The notes below the pieces were generated by a model. It made no database searches. It worked only from the letters and a program-made list of their open reading frames with translations, and had not been told where the DNA came from. The position numbers and the translations under genes were made by a program. Of a DNA stretch of 64,000 bases, positions 21,375-30,818 are shown piece by piece (position 1 is the stretch's first letter; each line of letters begins with the position of its first letter). Source of the stretch: Actinomycetota bacterium (lineage in GTDB: Bacteria; Actinomycetota; AC-67); contig DASWJS010000029.1 in NCBI GenBank assembly GCA_036397035.1, positions 132 to 64,131 of the forward strand. Reading direction: 5' to 3'.

Positions 21375-22838
21375 TTAGAAGCCTTGCCGCAGCCCCTTGT
21401 AGTCGGGATGTGAAACGTACTGCGCCCCGGCCTGCGCGTCGCCCTCGCCGGGCTCGGAGCACCTGCCCTCGAGCACGTGGACGCCCGCGGCCCCGAAGGG
21501 CCGGTCCGTAGCGTAGTTCACGACGGGGAAGATACCGCTCGTGTACCTGAAGGCGGACAACGTCTGGATGAACGATTGCCTGCTCAGATCGGGGCCGGCG
21601 GCAAGCAGCGCCTGATGGATCGCCTTGGAGATGCCCCAGAGCGCGTACAGGATGTCACCACCCTTGTCACGGGTGTTCGTATTCGGCGTGTACTTCTGGG
21701 CCGCCGCGACGAAGTCCGGGTCGATGGTGGAGGTCATCACGTCCTTCCACCCCGGCCAGGGCGAGAAGAACAAGGCGCCCTCGAACGACGGAGGATCTGC
21801 TAGCTTGCCGCACACGCTGTTGATCATCTGGTTCAAGTTGTTCGTGATGCCGACCCCGGCGTAGGTGGGGAAGTACCGGTTCTGGCCGGTAGCGGTGGCG
21901 AGCTGAACGGTGAACAGCGGCGCGGTGATCGGCACGACGATATCGACGTTGTCGCTCTGCATGATCTGGGCGGTCGAGCCGGCGCTCTGCGAGTCCCCCT
22001 CCTTTACCACCGTGTAGACCCGGTAGGCCCACCCGGCCGCCTTGACGGCCGCGCGCAGCGCGTCGTCGGCGTCATCGAAGTTCGGCGTGTTCGGCCTGAC
22101 GTGACCAACCGTGATCGTCCCCGCGCCATAGCTCTCCAGGTCGTGGCGCTTGTGCTGATCCACCAGCATGTCCACGAGCATCGGCATCTGCTGCCGGTAC
22201 GTCATCGTGACGGCGAAGTACGTGCTCAACTCCTTCAGGCCGGCTTCCTGCACGCCGGGCGACAGATAGGGGATGCCGCGCGGGTTCGCGTAGTTGGCGC
22301 ACGAGTTGATCTGGTCCGTGCCGCCCCCGCCAACGAGCATGAACGCCTGCCCCTGGATGGCCATCTGGTTGCACACGGCGACGGCCGTGGACGGGTTGTA
22401 CTGGTCGTCCTTGAAGATGAGCTTGACCTCGCGCCCGTAGATGTCCTTTTTCTTGGTTTCCTGGAGCCACCGCCAGTAGAGGTCCTTGCCCTCGTCGAAG
22501 GCCGCCGGACTAAACGGAGCTGCACCGGTCAGCGGCGCGTGAAGACCGATCGTGATGGAGTCGTCGGTGATGCCGGTCCGGTCGGGGGCCGCTGTGACGC
22601 CCCCGCCGCCGCCCGTACCTGTGCCGGTCCCGGTACCGACTCCCGTCCCCGTCCCGGTGCCGATTCCCGTTCCCGTGCCGGTACCGCTGTCGATCCCCGT
22701 GGGGACCCCGGTCGGCCCGACGGCGAACCCACCGGCGCCGCCCTGGAACACGCCCTTCTTCTGACCGCACGCCGCGAGCAGCATCACCCCGGCAAGAACG
22801 GCGCCGGCGATGCGGAGCGTTTGCGCCCGGTTGCTCAT
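21375..22838 (-). CDS. livK: ABC transporter substrate-binding lipoprotein (LivK-like, family 6) with long Gly/Thr-rich linker
   Basis: Lipobox LLAAC|G; (GTG)n linker of about 35 aa; periplasmic binding protein type-1 domain. Confidence 0.85.
   Translation of the reverse strand: MSNRAQTLRIAGAVLAGVMLLAACGQKKGVFQGGAGGFAVGPTGVPTGIDSGTGTGTGIGTGTGTGVGTGTGTGTGGGGGVTAAPDRTGITDDSITIGLHAPLTGAAPFSPAAFDEGKDLYWRWLQETKKKDIYGREVKLIFKDDQYNPSTAVAVCNQMAIQGQAFMLVGGGGTDQINSCANYANPRGIPYLSPGVQEAGLKELSTYFAVTMTYRQQMPMLVDMLVDQHKRHDLESYGAGTITVGHVRPNTPNFDDADDALRAAVKAAGWAYRVYTVVKEGDSQSAGSTAQIMQSDNVDIVVPITAPLFTVQLATATGQNRYFPTYAGVGITNNLNQMINSVCGKLADPPSFEGALFFSPWPGWKDVMTSTIDPDFVAAAQKYTPNTNTRDKGGDILYALWGISKAIHQALLAAGPDLSRQSFIQTLSAFRYTSGIFPVVNYATDRPFGAAGVHVLEGRCSEPGEGDAQAGAQYVSHPDYKGLRQGF
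22590..22730. repeat. degenerate tandem repeat encoding the (Gly-Thr)n linker
   Basis: Repeated ggNaccggN units visible on the + strand. Confidence 0.6.
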
Positions 22839-22846
22839 GCGAGTCC

Positions 22847-24064
22847 CTACCCCTCTCCGTTCCGGCGCGTGCGCAACACGTTCGCGACGCGGTTCCCGGG
22901 ACCGCCCTGGCCTGCCGGCAGACCGGCGAGGCCGACGTCCTTGCCCACCAACCCTACGAGCAGCAGTCCGAACGGGATCATCACGTAGAGCAGCGGGTTG
23001 GTGATCGGCGTCCCGCCGAGGCTCGCCCGCGGCACGAGCGTGGTCGGTTGAGCCTCATCCGTCGTCGCGGGCGGCGGGGCGGCGGGAATCGGATCGCCGA
23101 ACGTCGGAAGCTGCGGGATGGGCGGCAACTGTGGAGGTGGCGGTGGCGGTGGCGGTGGCGGCGGAACCGGGCCGGGCACGGTGATGACGCGGAGGCTCGC
23201 CGCCTGTTTCTGCGACACGTACGTGACCTCCGTCTCGCCTCCCGCCAACGTCTCGCCTCCCGCCAACGTCAGCGGCGCGCCGTGGAACTCGACCGTCCAC
23301 GTCGGCGTCACACCCTGCTCGGCCGGCACCAAGGCAAGCCCCTCGTTGAACAGCTCTAGCGTCAGCCACTTGTTGACGATCCTGGTGACGTCGAAGGTCC
23401 AGGTCGAACCGTCCGGGCTCGGCTGGCCCATCGCGTTCGTCCCGCAGTCGTAGAACGGCTCGTTCTTCGTCGTTGTGATGTCGTCGCTAGGATCGTCGTC
23501 GCCGGACTCGACGGTCGGGCGGTTGATCTGCGTGGAGTACGGCGGGTCGCCTTCGGACGCGCCCCACGGCTCGGTCACTGCGCACGCCAGGATCGCCGCG
23601 CTGCCCGCGTTCGTCGTCGCCGGCGGCTTGCCGTTCTCTCCCAGGTCCGCATGATCCTGGAAGTGGCCTTGTGCGCGCGACACGTCCAGCGTCAGCGTGG
23701 CATTCGCCGCAATCTCGCCCACCGGGATGTCGTCGAGCGGGAACAGTACGTATGCCCGCATGTCGGAGCTGCCGTCCTTCATCGCGACGCCGAGGTGGCC
23801 CGTTGTGATCGGCGATGTGGCGCCCGGCGGAGTAAACCCGATGACCCCGCTGGTTCCCGACGTCGCCTGGCACACATTCACTTCTCCATCCTTCAGGCAG
23901 ATGGTGTTCTTGGTGTTGCTCGACCAGAACCAGCCGCTCTTCGACGCGCGTACGTTCACCTCGGCGGCCGACGCGCTCGGCGCGGGAAGCGTCATGGACA
24001 CCAGGACGGCTGCCGTTGCGCACACGGCTGCCCGGATGCTGCGGGTGTGCCTGCGTCTGTCCAT
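22847..24064 (-). CDS. secreted proline-rich protein with C-terminal membrane anchor; unknown function
   Basis: GAGGA RBS before MDRRRHTRSIRAAV... signal peptide; P12 run; C-terminal TM helix LLYVMIPFGLLLVGLVG. Confidence 0.65.
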   Translation of the reverse strand: MDRRRHTRSIRAAVCATAAVLVSMTLPAPSASAAEVNVRASKSGWFWSSNTKNTICLKDGEVNVCQATSGTSGVIGFTPPGATSPITTGHLGVAMKDGSSDMRAYVLFPLDDIPVGEIAANATLTLDVSRAQGHFQDHADLGENGKPPATTNAGSAAILACAVTEPWGASEGDPPYSTQINRPTVESGDDDPSDDITTTKNEPFYDCGTNAMGQPSPDGSTWTFDVTRIVNKWLTLELFNEGLALVPAEQGVTPTWTVEFHGAPLTLAGGETLAGGETEVTYVSQKQAASLRVITVPGPVPPPPPPPPPPPQLPPIPQLPTFGDPIPAAPPPATTDEAQPTTLVPRASLGGTPITNPLLYVMIPFGLLLVGLVGKDVGLAGLPAGQGGPGNRVANVLRTRRNGEG

Positions 24065-24203
24065 TATTCCGGTCCTCGTTCGCCGATCCCGGTAAGCGTC
24101 AATGCTACCCCAGCGGACGCCACACCACATGTTCCGATCCACGGTGAATCGGAACATTTCCTCCTTGTGAACGTGACCCATCGTTCGGAAGGCGGCACGC
24201 GCC

Positions 24204-24842
24204 TCATCGCAGCGCGCCTTCGATCGTTGCGAGGAAGCGATGCAGGATGAACGCCGTCACGCCCCAGACGTAGTGGCCCTCCAGCTCGAAGATGTGCATC
24301 GGGAACCTGATGCCGTCGCGCTCCCAGACTTCGGTGCGGCCCGTTCGGGCCAGCGCGCGCAGCGGCAACTCGATCACGGCGCTGATCTCGCGCTCGCTCA
24401 TCACCCATGCGTCGGGGCGCTCGATGTCGGCGACGTAGGGCGAGACGATGAAGCCCGAGGCGAACGTCGGGTAATCATCGAGCGACCCGAGCGCGCGGGC
24501 GCGCGCCGGTTCCAGTCCGATCTCCTCGTGGGCTTCGCGCACGGCGGTGTCCCAGAGGGTCTCGTCGTGCGGGTCGTGCCCGCCGCCCGGGAACGCGATC
24601 TGACCCTTGTGCGTCGGCACGTCGTCGGTGCGGCGCGTGAGCACGATCCACGGCTCGCCGTCGCGGGAGAACAGCGGGATCAGGACTGCGGCCTTGCGGC
24701 GCTCAGGCACCTCGACGAGGCGCCGGTCGTAGGCGGCGAGCGCGTTCGCGACCGCGTCGGCAAAGTCCGCGTCGAGGGATCCAACCCGCTGCGTCGCCGG
24801 CTTCATCGAGGTCAATCGTAGTCCGACGAGCGACTCGCGCAC
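24204..24842 (-). CDS. NUDIX hydrolase (CoA pyrophosphatase-like)
   Basis: Nudix box GGGHDPHDETLWDTAVREAHEEIGL. Confidence 0.8.
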   Translation of the reverse strand: MRESLVGLRLTSMKPATQRVGSLDADFADAVANALAAYDRRLVEVPERRKAAVLIPLFSRDGEPWIVLTRRTDDVPTHKGQIAFPGGGHDPHDETLWDTAVREAHEEIGLEPARARALGSLDDYPTFASGFIVSPYVADIERPDAWVMSEREISAVIELPLRALARTGRTEVWERDGIRFPMHIFELEGHYVWGVTAFILHRFLATIEGALR

Positions 24843-24860
24843 GTCTTACGATGTCGCGAC

Positions 24861-25760
24861 ATGACCGCTCCCCCGATCGAGATCGCCGGTCTCTCCAAGC
24901 GCTTCGGCGCGGTCGTCGCGGTCTCGGACGTGTCGCTAACGATCGAGGAGGGCGAGTCCTTCGGCTACCTCGGGCCGAACGGCGCCGGGAAGACGACGAC
25001 CATCCGGTGCATGCTCGGGCTCATCAAGCCGACGGCCGGCTCCGTGCGCATCCTCGGACACGACGTCTCGCGCGACCTGAACGCCGCGCTCGAACGCATC
25101 GGCTCCCTTCCCGGAGAGTTCGGGATCTGGCCGTCGATGACCGGCCGCGAGGTGCTCGACTACCTGTCGTCGCTGCACCCCGCGCCGCCGGTGCGCCGGG
25201 AGGACCTGCGCGGGCGGTTCGAGCTGTCGCTCGCCGACCTCGACAGGCAGGTCCGCTTCTATTCGCGCGGCATGCGCCAGAAGCTCGGGCTGATCCAGGC
25301 CTTCGAGCACGAGCCCGCCTTGATGATCCTGGACGAGCCGACCGAGGGTCTGGACCCGGTGATGCAGCAGCGGTTCATCGCGCTGCTGCGCGAGTACCGC
25401 GCGCGCGGGGGCACCGTGTTCATGTCCTCGCACATCCTCAGCGAGGTCGAGCTGGCGACCGACCGCGTCGGCGTGGTCAAGGAGGGGAAGCTCGTCCGCG
25501 TCGGGTCGGCGACCGACCTCACCGGCGAGCGCGTGCGCCACTGCTCGCTCACCCTGGCGGACGAGGTGCCGGCGGGATTGCTCGACATCGAGGGCGTGAG
25601 CGACCTCGTCATGGCGTCGCCGTCGCACGCACGCTTCGAGTTTCGGGGGGACATGCAGCCGCTGATCGAGCGGCTCGCTGCCGTGCACGTGCTGGAGTTC
25701 CTCGCCGAGCCCGAGAGCCTCGCCGACGCCTTCTTCGACATCTACCAGGAGTCGACGTGA
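24861..25760 (+). CDS. ABC transporter ATP-binding protein
   Basis: GPNGAGKTTT, YSRGMRQKLGL, ILDEPTEGLD. Confidence 0.9.
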   Translation: MTAPPIEIAGLSKRFGAVVAVSDVSLTIEEGESFGYLGPNGAGKTTTIRCMLGLIKPTAGSVRILGHDVSRDLNAALERIGSLPGEFGIWPSMTGREVLDYLSSLHPAPPVRREDLRGRFELSLADLDRQVRFYSRGMRQKLGLIQAFEHEPALMILDEPTEGLDPVMQQRFIALLREYRARGGTVFMSSHILSEVELATDRVGVVKEGKLVRVGSATDLTGERVRHCSLTLADEVPAGLLDIEGVSDLVMASPSHARFEFRGDMQPLIERLAAVHVLEFLAEPESLADAFFDIYQEST

Positions 25761-26566
25761 ACCGCGCCGTGTTCGCCTTCAGCATCCGGCGCTCGATCCG
25801 CTCGTCGCTGCTGATCGCGGTCGGCGTCGGGCTGTTCTACTGGGTCGTGCTGCTGGCCTCCTCGAGCTTCCTCGGCGACGGGACCGAGCCGCTCCCGAGC
25901 TTCCTGACCGAGCCGCCGCGCGTGATGAAAGCCTTCATCGGCGGGTCGGCCAACTTCGTCAGCCCGGTCGGCTGGATGGCCTCCGGCGTGCTCCACCCGA
26001 TCATCCTGTCCCTGACGACGATGGGCGCGTTCATGATCGCCACCGGCACGGGGGCAACCGAGCTGGAGCGCGGGACGCTCGACCTCGTGCTCGCGCGGCC
26101 GGTCGGGCGCGTGCCCTACGTCGCGGCGCGCGGACTGGCGGGCCTGGTCATGCTGACGCTGGTCGAGGCGGGAGCCGTGGCGGGAACCTTCGTCGCGTAC
26201 GCGACCGTGCCCGGCGTCGATCAGCTCGTGCCCGGGCGCATCCTGCTGATGTTCGCCGGGCACTGGTTGCTCTTCGCGGCCTTCTCGACGACCTGTCTGG
26301 CGATCTTCGCCCGCGCCTCGTTGCGGAGCCGCGCGCTCGGCACCGCGATCGGCGTCGTCGTGGGCGCGTTCTTTCTCAACTTCCTGTCGTTGCTGTTCGA
26401 CGCGCTCGAATGGCTCGGCTACCTGAGCCCGTTCCACTACTTCAACGCAGCCGACATCCTGAACGGCGAGCCCTTCCTCGGGAGCTGGGCCGTGCTCGCG
26501 GCGGTCGCGGTCGCGATGGGAGCGTTGTCCCTGCGCTGGTTCGCCTCGCGCGACCTCACGCGCTGA
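25757..26566 (+). CDS. ABC-2 type transporter permease
   Basis: GTGA overlap with the ATPase gene; six hydrophobic segments. Confidence 0.75.
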   Translation: MNRAVFAFSIRRSIRSSLLIAVGVGLFYWVVLLASSSFLGDGTEPLPSFLTEPPRVMKAFIGGSANFVSPVGWMASGVLHPIILSLTTMGAFMIATGTGATELERGTLDLVLARPVGRVPYVAARGLAGLVMLTLVEAGAVAGTFVAYATVPGVDQLVPGRILLMFAGHWLLFAAFSTTCLAIFARASLRSRALGTAIGVVVGAFFLNFLSLLFDALEWLGYLSPFHYFNAADILNGEPFLGSWAVLAAVAVAMGALSLRWFASRDLTR

Positions 26567-26582
26567 GCCGGCGCCGCGCACG

Positions 26583-27371
26583 TCAGAGAAGCGACGCGAC
26601 CTTCCCGCCGTCGATCTGGATCGTCGTGCCGTTGACGTAGGCCGCGCGCTCGCTCGCCAGGAACGCGACCAGCGCGCCCAGCTCCGCCGGGTCGCCGATG
26701 CGACCGACCGGGATGCCCTGCGTCATCGGCGCGAGCGCCTGCTCGAGGGAGATGCCCTCGTCCCGCGCGCGTTGCTCTCCGATCGAGGTGAGACGGTCGG
26801 TGAGGAACGGCCCCGGCGCGACGGTGTTCACCGTGACGCCGTCGGCGGCCACCTCGCCGGCGAGCGTCTTCAGGAAGCCGGCCAGCCCGGCGCGCATGGT
26901 GTTGGACAGCCCGAGCCCGGCGATCGGCTCCTTGGCGGCCGCGCTCGTGATCGCGATCACCCGCCCCCAGCCGCCCGCGCGCATGTGCGGCAGCGTCGCG
27001 CGCACCAGGCGAACGGTCACCATCAGGTTCGCTTCGAACGCGGCTCGAAAGGCGGCGTCGTCGAACGTGGCGACGGGACCGGGCGGCGGGCCGCCGTTGT
27101 TGGCCACGAGGATGTCGAGCCGCCCGAACGCATCGGCCGCCTCGGCGACGAAGCGCTCGCACGCGTCGGGCGCGTTGAGGTCGGCCGCGACCGCGTGCAC
27201 ACGCACGCCGTGGGCGCGCAGCTCGTCCGCGGTCGCGGCGAGCGCCTCCGCGCCGCGCGCGCAGATCGCAACGTCGCAGCCCTCGCGCGCGAGCGCTTCC
27301 GCGCTCGCGCGCCCGAGTCCCTTGCTCGCCGCGGCCACCGCCGCCGCGCGGCCCTTCAGTCCGAGGTCCAT
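26583..27371 (-). CDS. SDR family oxidoreductase (FabG-like)
   Basis: Rossmann-type N-terminus AAVAAASKGLG; SDR-typical length, 262 aa. Confidence 0.8.
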   Translation of the reverse strand: MDLGLKGRAAAVAAASKGLGRASAEALAREGCDVAICARGAEALAATADELRAHGVRVHAVAADLNAPDACERFVAEAADAFGRLDILVANNGGPPPGPVATFDDAAFRAAFEANLMVTVRLVRATLPHMRAGGWGRVIAITSAAAKEPIAGLGLSNTMRAGLAGFLKTLAGEVAADGVTVNTVAPGPFLTDRLTSIGEQRARDEGISLEQALAPMTQGIPVGRIGDPAELGALVAFLASERAAYVNGTTIQIDGGKVASLL

Positions 27372-27409
27372 CGGTTCGCGGATGATAGCCGCGCCGTTAG
27401 GATGACCCC

Positions 27410-27778
27410 ATGCCCAAGCCCGAACGCTACGTCTTCGTGTGCACGAACCAGCGCCCGCCCGGGCACCCGCGCGGGTCGTGCATCGACAAGATGTCGGCCG
27501 AGGTGCTCCAGGAGTTCCGCGACCTCCAGGGCGAGAAAGGGCTCGCGACGTTCAAGGTCGTCGCCACCGGATGCCTCGAGCCGTGCCTGGCGGGGCCGAG
27601 CGTCTACGTCGCGCCCGACGACGTCTGGTACGGCGGCGTGACCGTGCCGGACGTCGAGCGCATCATCGACGAGCACCTCGTCGGCGGCCGTCCCGTCGAG
27701 TTGTTGATCCTGGACGAGGAGGACTTCGAGCGCTCCCAGCGCGGCCCGAAGGAAGCCCCGCCGAGCGGGCTCACCTAA
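27410..27778 (+). CDS. thioredoxin-like [2Fe-2S] ferredoxin
   Basis: Cys ligands in VFVCTN, GSCIDK and TGCLEPC; 122 aa. Confidence 0.75.
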   Translation: MPKPERYVFVCTNQRPPGHPRGSCIDKMSAEVLQEFRDLQGEKGLATFKVVATGCLEPCLAGPSVYVAPDDVWYGGVTVPDVERIIDEHLVGGRPVELLILDEEDFERSQRGPKEAPPSGLT

Positions 27779-27990
27779 GCGGGATACTCCTGCGCGAGGA
27801 CCTCGTTTGGCGGTCAGCGGCTCGGAGGCGAGCGATCAGCGGGTTGACGCAGGCGTAGGTCGTCACCAAGGACGTCGGCGCGTGGCGGAAGAGCCACACG
27901 TAGGACGTGAACCCGATCAGCGGCCCGAAGCAGATGAGGGAGAGCACGCCGAGCAGCGACGCGCCGAAACCGAGCCCGGGTCGAGCCGCG
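27771..27990 (-). CDS. possible small membrane protein or gene remnant
   Basis: Hydrophobic segment GFGASLLGVLSLICFGPLIGFTSYVWLF in the C-terminal part of ORF 27771..28169; overlaps the 3' end of the ferredoxin gene; start unclear. Confidence 0.2.
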
Positions 27991-28044
27991 ACCACTCCCC
28001 GCCGATCGTTCGGGCCGCGCGCGATATTCCCGTAGGATGCGCCG

Positions 28045-29199
28045 ATGACCGAGGAGCGGACGTACGGCCAGTGGAAGGAGCTGTTCCACGAGGTCGTCGA
28101 CACGAACCTGTGCACCGGCTGCGCCGCGTGCATCATGGCCTGCCCGCGGCATGTGCTCGAATATGACAACGGCGCCTACCACCCGTTCAACGTCGAGGAC
28201 TCCACAGCGTCCGACGACTGCATCCATGGTCAGCGCGGCTGCGACATCTGCACGAAGGCCTGTCCGCGCTTCCGCGCCTGGGAGCTGGAGGCCGACGAGG
28301 CGCTCTTCGGCCGCGCCCGCACGACCGACGAGGTCATCGGGATCTACCGCGACATCTTCCTGGTGCGCGCGACCGACGAGGGCATCCACGCCGCCGGTCA
28401 GGACGGCGGGCTCGTCTCGGCGCTGCTGATCTGGGGCCTGGAACGCGGGAAGATCGACGGCGCGCTGACGTCCAAGCTGTCGGCCGAGCGCACCTTCGAC
28501 GCCGAGCCGGCGCTGGTGACGACCCGGCAGGAGGTGCTCGCTGCGGCCGGCTCGCGCTACACCTACGCCGCCAACCCGCTCGCGATGAAGGAAGCCGAGG
28601 AGCGCAAGCTGAAGAACCTCGCGCTCGTCGGGATGAGCTGCCAGGCGTCGATCAACGGCACGCTCGCCGCGCGCAACGTTGCCAAGTACCGGCGGCGCAT
28701 CCAGCTCACGATCGGGCTGCTGTGCTCGAAGTCCTTCACCTACGAAGGGCTCATGGAGGAGAAGATCCGCGACGAGATGGGCATTCCGCTCGACGACGTC
28801 GCCAAGGTCAACGTGAAGGGCCGCTTCATGGTCTGGCGCAAGTCCACCGGCGAGCAGATCGACGTCCCGCTGAAAGACGTGCACGCCTACACGCGCCCGG
28901 GGTGCACGCTCTGCCCCGACTTCGCCGCCGAGCACGCCGACATCTCGACCGGCGGGCTCGGTCAGTCCGACGGGTGGACGCTGACGATCGTTCGCACCGA
29001 GCGCGGCGCCGAGTGGATGACCGAGCTGCGGGACGCCGGCTGGATCGAGGTGCGGCCGGGCAGCGAAGACCCCAAGGCGATCGAGCTGATGAACCGGCTG
29101 GCCGCGCGCCAGCGCACGCGCTGGCCTTCGACCCTCCCGGCCGATCAGCAGGCGCCGTCTGCGGTCCCGGTCGAGCTGCTGCCGAAGCCCAGGGCCTAA
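28045..29199 (+). CDS. coenzyme F420 hydrogenase/dehydrogenase beta-subunit family protein (FrhB/FdhB-like) with N-terminal 2x[4Fe-4S] ferredoxin domain
   Basis: CTGCAACIMACP and CDICTKACP cluster motifs followed by an FrhB-type fold; AGGA RBS. Confidence 0.8.
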   Translation: MTEERTYGQWKELFHEVVDTNLCTGCAACIMACPRHVLEYDNGAYHPFNVEDSTASDDCIHGQRGCDICTKACPRFRAWELEADEALFGRARTTDEVIGIYRDIFLVRATDEGIHAAGQDGGLVSALLIWGLERGKIDGALTSKLSAERTFDAEPALVTTRQEVLAAAGSRYTYAANPLAMKEAEERKLKNLALVGMSCQASINGTLAARNVAKYRRRIQLTIGLLCSKSFTYEGLMEEKIRDEMGIPLDDVAKVNVKGRFMVWRKSTGEQIDVPLKDVHAYTRPGCTLCPDFAAEHADISTGGLGQSDGWTLTIVRTERGAEWMTELRDAGWIEVRPGSEDPKAIELMNRLAARQRTRWPSTLPADQQAPSAVPVELLPKPRA

Positions 29200-30200
29200 G
29201 CGGTCCGCGGCTCCAGCGCCGGGTTCACCGCCGCGAGCGCCTCCTCGCGCGTGGCGGGCCTTGCGTGCGCGGCGGTCCCGTAGTCGATGCGCGCAAACCC
29301 GCCGTCCTCGCCCACGAAGGCGGACCCGATGTGGTTCCCGAGCGAATGCGACTCCCACCGGTGCGCGAGCGGGCGGGCCCGGCCCACCGTGATGCGCTCG
29401 CGGCCCCGATAGAGCATCGCCGCTGGCGCGGCAGGTTGACCGAGCCCCTCGTTCAGGGGGGCGTAGTGGAAGCACGCGCCTTCCGTGGGCGCAAGGAAGA
29501 GCGACAACGTCGGGACCGCGTAACTCGGGAGCAGCTCGGCGGGGACGCGGACCGAGGCGTCTTCGGCGCCGGCCCGTCCGCGGGCGACCGAGTGCCAGCG
29601 CCGCGCGCCGCCTTCGGCTTCGACCTTGCCCTCCGTCACCCAACCCGCGACCGGGTTCTCGAACCGCGCCGACAATGCCTGCGGGTGCGAGGCGACGTCC
29701 AGGATCAGGTTCACGACGAAGTGGTTGAGCCCCCACTGCTTTCCGCCGTCGAAGGCGACCTCGTAGCCGAGCAGCAAGCGGTCGCCCCGGCGCCGGTAGA
29801 CGTGGTGCTCGAAGCCGGCGCGCCGCCGCCCCAGCCAGAAGCTCAGCCAGAAGTTCCGCGGCTCCGTGCGCAGCGAGGAGAAGTCGAACGACACCGCGCG
29901 CTGCGCGGGCCGCACCTCAAGGGGCTCGCCCTTCAGGACCGGATGGACGGAGACCCCGAGCCGGCCGGAGCGAACGCGCACGCGCTTCCGCTTGCCGGCG
30001 CGCAGGACGAGCAGCTCCACGGTCTCGCGCTCGGCGCTCGCGTCGACCGCCGCGCCGAGGTCTTCGGCCGAGCCGAGCGCACGCTCGTCGTAGGCGACGA
30101 GGATGTCCCCCTGCCGTACTCCGGCCTCGCGGGCGGGCGATCCCTCCAGGACCATCGTCGCGAGCAATCCCGATTCCTTCGGCGTGATGACCCGGTCCAT
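29196..30200 (-). CDS. PDZ domain-containing protein, unknown function
   Basis: N-terminal PDZ GLLATMVLEGSPAREAGVRQGDILVAYDERAL. Confidence 0.6.
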   Translation of the reverse strand: MDRVITPKESGLLATMVLEGSPAREAGVRQGDILVAYDERALGSAEDLGAAVDASAERETVELLVLRAGKRKRVRVRSGRLGVSVHPVLKGEPLEVRPAQRAVSFDFSSLRTEPRNFWLSFWLGRRRAGFEHHVYRRRGDRLLLGYEVAFDGGKQWGLNHFVVNLILDVASHPQALSARFENPVAGWVTEGKVEAEGGARRWHSVARGRAGAEDASVRVPAELLPSYAVPTLSLFLAPTEGACFHYAPLNEGLGQPAAPAAMLYRGRERITVGRARPLAHRWESHSLGNHIGSAFVGEDGGFARIDYGTAAHARPATREEALAAVNPALEPRTA

Positions 30201-30308
30201 GCGCCACCTCCGCGCGCGAACCTATCGGTTCGACGCGCGCCGGGTCCAGACCGCGACGCGATGGAGGCCGGCCCTTCGGGCCGGCCTCTCTCGCTCACCC
30301 CGTCAGCC

Positions 30309-30818
30309 TTAGGGGCAACCTTCCGGACCCGCGGCGCTCACGCTGCAATCGAGCGCATCCGGGTTCGACGAGCCATCCCCGCCTTGAGCACCCGTGTACC
30401 AGGTTCCGCCGCTTCCTCGACGGGCGTGCACGCCGTCCGCGCCGACGTCGTAGCGCTGCCAGCCTCCCGCGGAGCTTTCGTTGTCGCGGTCGGAGCCGTC
30501 GATGAAGACGCTCACGCTGTCGTCGGACTGACGCGCGCCGCCGACGCGACCCTTGACCGGCAGGGTGTCGCCGCTGTCGGCGCAGCCCGAGACGCCGGTG
30601 GCCGGATCGGCGTAGAGCGTGAAGGCACCGCCGACGTCCGTGCCGCCGTCACAGCGCGTGTAGTAGGGGCCCCAGGGGGACTTCTTGTTCGCGCGGTCGC
30701 GGCACTCGGACCCGCCGGTGCGGTCCTTCGTGCACTTCGTCTGCGCCTCCGACGCGCCGACGCCGCCGGCGACGGCCGCGACGATCGCGCACGCCAGGAC
30801 GATCTTGGCTTTCCTCAT
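30309..30818 (-). CDS. secreted Cys-rich protein (169 aa)
   Basis: AAGGAGG RBS; signal peptide MRKAKIVLACAIVAAVAGGVGASEA; 8 Cys. Confidence 0.65.
   Translation of the reverse strand: MRKAKIVLACAIVAAVAGGVGASEAQTKCTKDRTGGSECRDRANKKSPWGPYYTRCDGGTDVGGAFTLYADPATGVSGCADSGDTLPVKGRVGGARQSDDSVSVFIDGSDRDNESSAGGWQRYDVGADGVHARRGSGGTWYTGAQGGDGSSNPDALDCSVSAAGPEGCP

Noticed and set aside
22510-22770. Repetitive DNA as a possible CRISPR array or minisatellite
   Set aside because: The repeats are degenerate, in frame and encode the Gly/Thr linker of the LivK-like protein; there are no spacer-repeat units.
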